This document shows, piece by piece, positions 59,647 to 64,000 of a stretch of DNA of 64,000 bases. The notes beneath the pieces were generated by a model, which had not been told where the DNA came from, did not search any database, and worked only from the letters and a program-made list of their open reading frames with translations. How positions within the stretch are numbered: position 1 is the stretch's first letter; each line of letters starts with the position of its first letter. The translations under genes and the position numbers were made by a program. The stretch comes from Oikopleura dioica (taxonomy: Eukaryota; Animalia; Chordata), in the NCBI GenBank assembly GCA_907165135.1, contig OU015567.1, positions 13,950,001-14,014,000 on the forward strand, given 5' to 3'.

Positions 59647-60285
59647 TTAGGTCCACAAAAAGAACCTTGTTGTAGTTGTAGTCATAGTTGTCGTAGTTGT
59701 CGTCGTTGTCGTCGTTGTAGTCGATGTTGTCGTTGTCGTAGTAGTTGTCGCTGTCGCAGTTGTTGTCATTGCAGTAGTGGTTGTCGTTGTCGGTGTAGTC
59801 GTTGTCGTTGAAGTCGTTGTTGAAGATGGTTCTACAGTTGAAGAGACTTCAGAATCACAATTTGCTAGCATACAGCTTTGAAAGAGTTCCCAAGCGTTCG
59901 CATAACAAAGCGGAATGAGGTTTTCATCTTCAACATTTTTGCATTTTTCCTGCTCCCTCACATAACGGGTTTCACACTCACTCTGGCAATGACAGAAATC
60001 TGAGCAAGCATGGTGACGATCGTTTGCATCGTGAATGCATTTGTTATGTTCGGCGTGGTTATTTTAAGAGCAATAATTTTTTTTATTCTGTTTCTTTTTC
60101 TACCTCAGTTCATGGCAATATTCTTGATCCAGTTTATGCTGGTTGCACGCTGCCTTACAATCAACGCATCCTTCCAAGCAAGAAGCAACATCTTGACCCT
60201 GTTGACATTCATATTCGCATAGAGAAATGTGAGCTCGATGCCTTGCTTCAATTTGAATACAGAGAAAAAATGGTAAAAGACGCAT
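59647..60285 (-). CDS. Secreted Cys-rich protein with a Thr-rich mucin-like tail
   Basis: Signal-like MRLLPFFLCIQIEA, CxxxC repeats, then about 45 Thr codons (59670-59820). The acceptor joining the two exons was not resolved. Confidence 0.5.
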
Positions 60286-60480
60286 TTTCTCTTATGAAAA
60301 AATCTAAGTTAAAACTGGAACGTACGTAAAAATTTGTTACTCTCGTCGAATAGCATTAAAATTTGCAAGTCTTTAAAATTAATAGTGGAGACCAAGGTCA
60401 GACTGTGTGAATGCACTTTCAATTTTCATCGATATCAGTGATTTTTCACCATTTTTTTATTCAAAAGGCAAGTATAATTT

Positions 60481-61298
60481 TTAACATTGTGTTTCACAAA
60501 GATTGTTTTCTGATCCTCGCAAACAGATTCGCAAATCACACTTGGTCGAAATTTTACTTTTGTCGACTTTTTCCGTCATGAATCTGATTTTTGTCGTTTC
60601 GTAGAAGGGAAGACCTCTGAAAAACAAAATTAAATTTGCACTTTATCAAATTAATATACCCAGAAGGTAAGGCATTGACCAATTTAATCGCGGGGCAGAA
60701 GTCTTCTACGATTTGCTTTTCTTTCATCTCAACACCAGAATGATCGGTCATTACGCAGCTTTCAACGCGGTACTCGAGGAAAGATGGGACCGATTGACTT
60801 TGTGCGCTGATTTCAATTGTGTACTCCTCCATTTCTCCCTTTTCAAGTAGCTCAATGTCAAAGATTTTCGAATTATCTGCCATGTGTTCTTGGTCTTCGT
60901 CATCGCTTGAGAGATTCAAACTGACGAGTGAGTTGACTTTTGAATTGCAGGTAAAACTTTTTACTTCGCCATTGAACATAAACGAGTTTCGATAGCTGAA
61001 AAAGCCATCATCGTTTATGAAGACTTCTGTTAAACACTGTTCAAACGGAACTTGAATCATCTTAATTTTGATAAGAAAATTATACAAAAACGAGTCTTAC
61101 CTTTTGCCCTGGCGGACCTCTTCTCACTCTCATGCATGAAGGAATGATTTCTTCGATCATCTCACAGTCCATCTCTGGAATTTGCAGGATGCTGTTTGAC
61201 AGTGAGCAAGTGACAAGCGCATTTTCAAGGGAGCATTGCTTTGCTTGCTCTAAATTCTTGGCTGCAATGAGGGGAAAAAAATTCGTCAAAAAATTCAT
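60481..61298 (-). CDS. ZP-domain-like secreted protein
   Basis: VPFEQCLT, YRVESCVM, IVEDFCP and the terminal IRFM..KCDLRIC..NLCETQC* follow ZP-N/ZP-C cysteine spacing. Confidence 0.6.
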
Positions 61299-61471
61299 CT
61301 TCTCTTTCTCTTATCAGAAGAGTTGGGTCTAGCGACTTTATATAGCCTGAGCTTACGTATTAATTCAAATAGCGGTTTCGAGCACTTATCTAAGAACCGC
61401 AAAAGCGGGTTGAAACGACTACTCTAATGCCAAGGAGAACAAAAAATAAGCATCTTAGATGATCATTAAAT

Positions 61472-62633
61472 TTATTCTTGAGTTAGCTTTTTGAAAAATG
61501 TAGTTATCTTCTGATTGCAGATAATAGCAGCCAGCAGGCTTGGTTTTGCCTCCCATTCTCTTAAAAATGGAATAAGCTTTTTATACATCAGACATTTTCC
61601 TACCCAAGAACCATTTCGTATCCATTTCTAGTGTAAAAACTTGTAGCTGGATAGTTACAAACTGAGGCTGTGAAAAATAAATCCGATCCATCTAGTTTTG
61701 CTCTTTTCTCGACTTCTTCCAGTAACACCTTTCCGATTCCTTCAAAATGAATATAAAGAGAGAGTAATAGAATATTATCGCAAAATGAATTTTGATTTTA
61801 ATAATTGTTGTTCAAAGGGTCATATGTAGTCAATCTTCGGGGTATAGAAAACTGTTTCTCCCTAAACCTACTCCTAACCCGGGGGCTTCGCCCCCCCCGG
61901 GACCCCCCAGATAAAAAAGTACACAGTTCCTAACCCTAAGGCCTAATCCAGGGGGCTTCGCGCCCTTGGAACCCCCCCTAGCACTATCATTTAGCCCGGT
62001 TACGTAACTTACCCCGAAGATTGACCGCCTATTTCGGTTCAAAGTTCTTTCTATTCATTCCTGATCGTCTCGCGGAAGGCTTCACGGACAGCGAAAAAAG
62101 CTCCCAACACCTTCTTGGCAATTTATTACTATTCCAGTGCGTGTAATTTTCAACAAATGTTTGGTAGCAAGCAGTTCCCAGAATATCCCCACTAGAAGTA
62201 TCCTCAGCGACGATGAATCGATCCCCATAAACGTCAGTTATCGCGTCCATATCCTTTCGACTTGCCACGTAGTATGCATTTCCCCATTTAGCTCGCATTT
62301 TAACTGATTTAAAATCAGTGATTTTTAATGAAATAAGTGAAGCTAAAACTTACTGTAATATATCCAAGTTGCAGCTGCTAACAGTCCAATAATGGGAAAT
62401 CCGAAAGAATATCCAGCTATTGTCAGAAATAGAGATACGAAAATAAAACCAGGCTTGACAATGGCTGAGTACTATTTTTCTAAAATTCTCGTTTTACGAT
62501 AAAGCCACTTTTCCTGCCGAGAATTATGCTCCCACCAAAGACGGGGCAAATCTTCCATTATTCCTATCAGCCAAATCCTCTTGCATTCCTTTTCGTCACT
62601 TTTTCGGACTGCTCGCAGGCGAAAACTTTTCAT
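61472..62633 (-). CDS. NAT8/Camello-like GNAT acetyltransferase
   Basis: MKSFRLRAVRKSDEKEC.., a hydrophobic insert, then SRKDMDAITDVY..ELFSLSVKPSARRSG|IGKVLLEEVEKRA (acetyl-CoA motif A) ..SFYTRNGY. Confidence 0.75.
61860..61990. repeat. GC-hairpin repeat in a GNAT intron
   Basis: Two units of CCTAA..GGGGGCTTCG(C)..CCC, at about 61873 and 61942. Confidence 0.5.
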
Positions 62634-62971
62634 ATTTTTAACGCAGTTCGGCGCTTTTCTTGTGTTTACGAACTTTTAGTGACGTAACAATGACAAGTTC
62701 TGCGAGATGCGAATTTAAATTGACTGCTGATTGAAGACAAAATGAAAAGGAAGCAGATTTAGATGAGTTGTCATCAGTTTTATTTGAACATTTGGGAAAA
62801 GAATGGAGCAAAGCAGGAATTATACAAAGGAATCGACAGGAGAAATCGACCATTATGGTCTAGCAGAACTGGCGACGGATTATATGAATTTTCAAGCGTG
62901 TAAGCGAGAAATATAAAAGGAAATTCAAAAGAAAGAAACTTTAAAGAATCAGTCTTTCGAAAAGAGAAAAA

Positions 62972-64000
62972 TTACTCCTCAGAGCACATTCGGTTCTTGA
63001 ATTGTCGGTGGAGCTTGTTGAAGTGTCGCACGAGTCTGTCAGCGGCAGAGTTTCCGAATCCGGCTCTTGTGCAGGCCCATTTTCGAGAAGCTGAGACGAG
63101 AGCGCTGTTGATTTGCGAAGCAAGCTTGCAGTTGGTCATTCCATCGAAGACCTGGAGATCCTCGGCTTCTTCCTCTGGCTCGTCGGATCCGTCGCATCGG
63201 TACTGTCCTTCGTTAGTATGGGAGTCTAGTTCGCCGATTCTCTTGATCATCTTGTTCATGTATTTACGAGTGAATCTTGTTTTCTCGAGTTGGTCGTTGA
63301 GTCGCTGAACATTAATTTAATCAAATTCATCAAGAATAGAAATTAAATTTAAAAATGAAAAGAAAACTTACGTCTAAATGTCCGTTGACTTTTCGCATTC
63401 GGATGGTGTATTGAGTATTGACTTGTTTCCATGCATGCAAGTCGACGCATTCGCCGTCGATCTCTTCCCAGCCTTCGCCGTCGCAAACGCATTCATATGA
63501 TCCCTCGGTGTTCTGGCATGAAGCTCCGTCAGCGCAAGGGACAAGCATAGAGTCTCCGATCGTAACCAATGTGAGAGATGCCTCAATGATATCGCATTCA
63601 TTGACATCAGCGCAGCTTCCATCGACCATTTCGTAGCCATCGTTGCAAGTGCAAGCACCGTTGTGGCAGAATTCTTGTGCGCCGTCGCAAACGAGTGTTT
63701 CGCAAGCATCGACAGCAGTGCAAGAAAAGCCATCACCGGTAAAGCCATCGTTACAGGCACATGTGTAGCTAGCGGTGGTATCGGTGCAAGTTGCGTCGGC
63801 GTGACAGTCGTCGCTTCCAAGAGCACATTCGTCAACGGCTGCTGCAGCGGTGGCAGCGGCCGCTGCAAAATCTTCAAGATTTTCGACAATGTCTGTGAAT
63901 TGTTGAGCGATGGATCCAGCCGCTGGAGCAGTCTCAAGAACGTCGGGGCAACCGTATGCGCTAAGGCGATCGTAGTCTGCAGCATAGTAGGCGGCGTTTT
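62972..64000 (-). CDS. Calcium-binding EGF-repeat extracellular protein (5' part lies beyond the window)
   Basis: VDECALGSDDCHADATCTDTTASYTCACNDGFTGDG and DVNECD..CQNTEGSYECVC. The last exon is 62972-63310. Confidence 0.85.

Larger units (their letters stand above)
53263..59663. repeat. Large inverted repeat: arms 53263-55218 and 57945-59663, spacer about 2.7 kb
   Basis: The arms are near-identical reverse complements, apart from scattered substitutions and about 270 bp extra in the left arm (about 53510-53780). Confidence 0.92.

Noticed and set aside
62638-62853. 71-aa ORF between the EGF and GNAT genes
   Set aside because: It is short with no recognisable motif, and is probably UTR or intercistronic sequence.

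Overview
This is gene-dense eukaryotic DNA with many short introns. It is very probably the larvacean tunicate Oikopleura dioica: it carries four copies of a 40-nt exon matching the O. dioica spliced leader as I recall it, and it has GA-AG introns and operon-like spacing. Almost all genes lie on the minus strand: an ankyrin protein, two MED27 paralogues (one with a muscle actin gene nested in its intron), arginyl-tRNA synthetase, RMI1, PIAS, PIBF1, RING1, eIF3I, YIPF3, a FAM185A-like gene, two LAMTOR1-like genes, a multi-CENP-B-HTH protein, a Shaker-type Kv channel, and ZP, NAT8-like and EGF proteins. TMEM38 is on the plus strand. Highlight 1: an intact 8,168-bp Ty3/gypsy element with identical LTRs and a 4-bp TSD sits inside coding exon 1 of ArgRS, and its ends create a GT..AG pair that could splice it out in frame (+1 Ala). 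It also has a -1 frameshift pseudoknot and a non-Env third ORF behind a perfect branch point and acceptor. Highlight 2: a 6.4-kb nested inverted repeat holds four 5S rRNA plus SL RNA units. Highlight 3: several TIR/TSD elements occur, including an intron that looks transposon-derived. Gene names come from remembered motifs, not database searches, and exon boundaries were read by hand.
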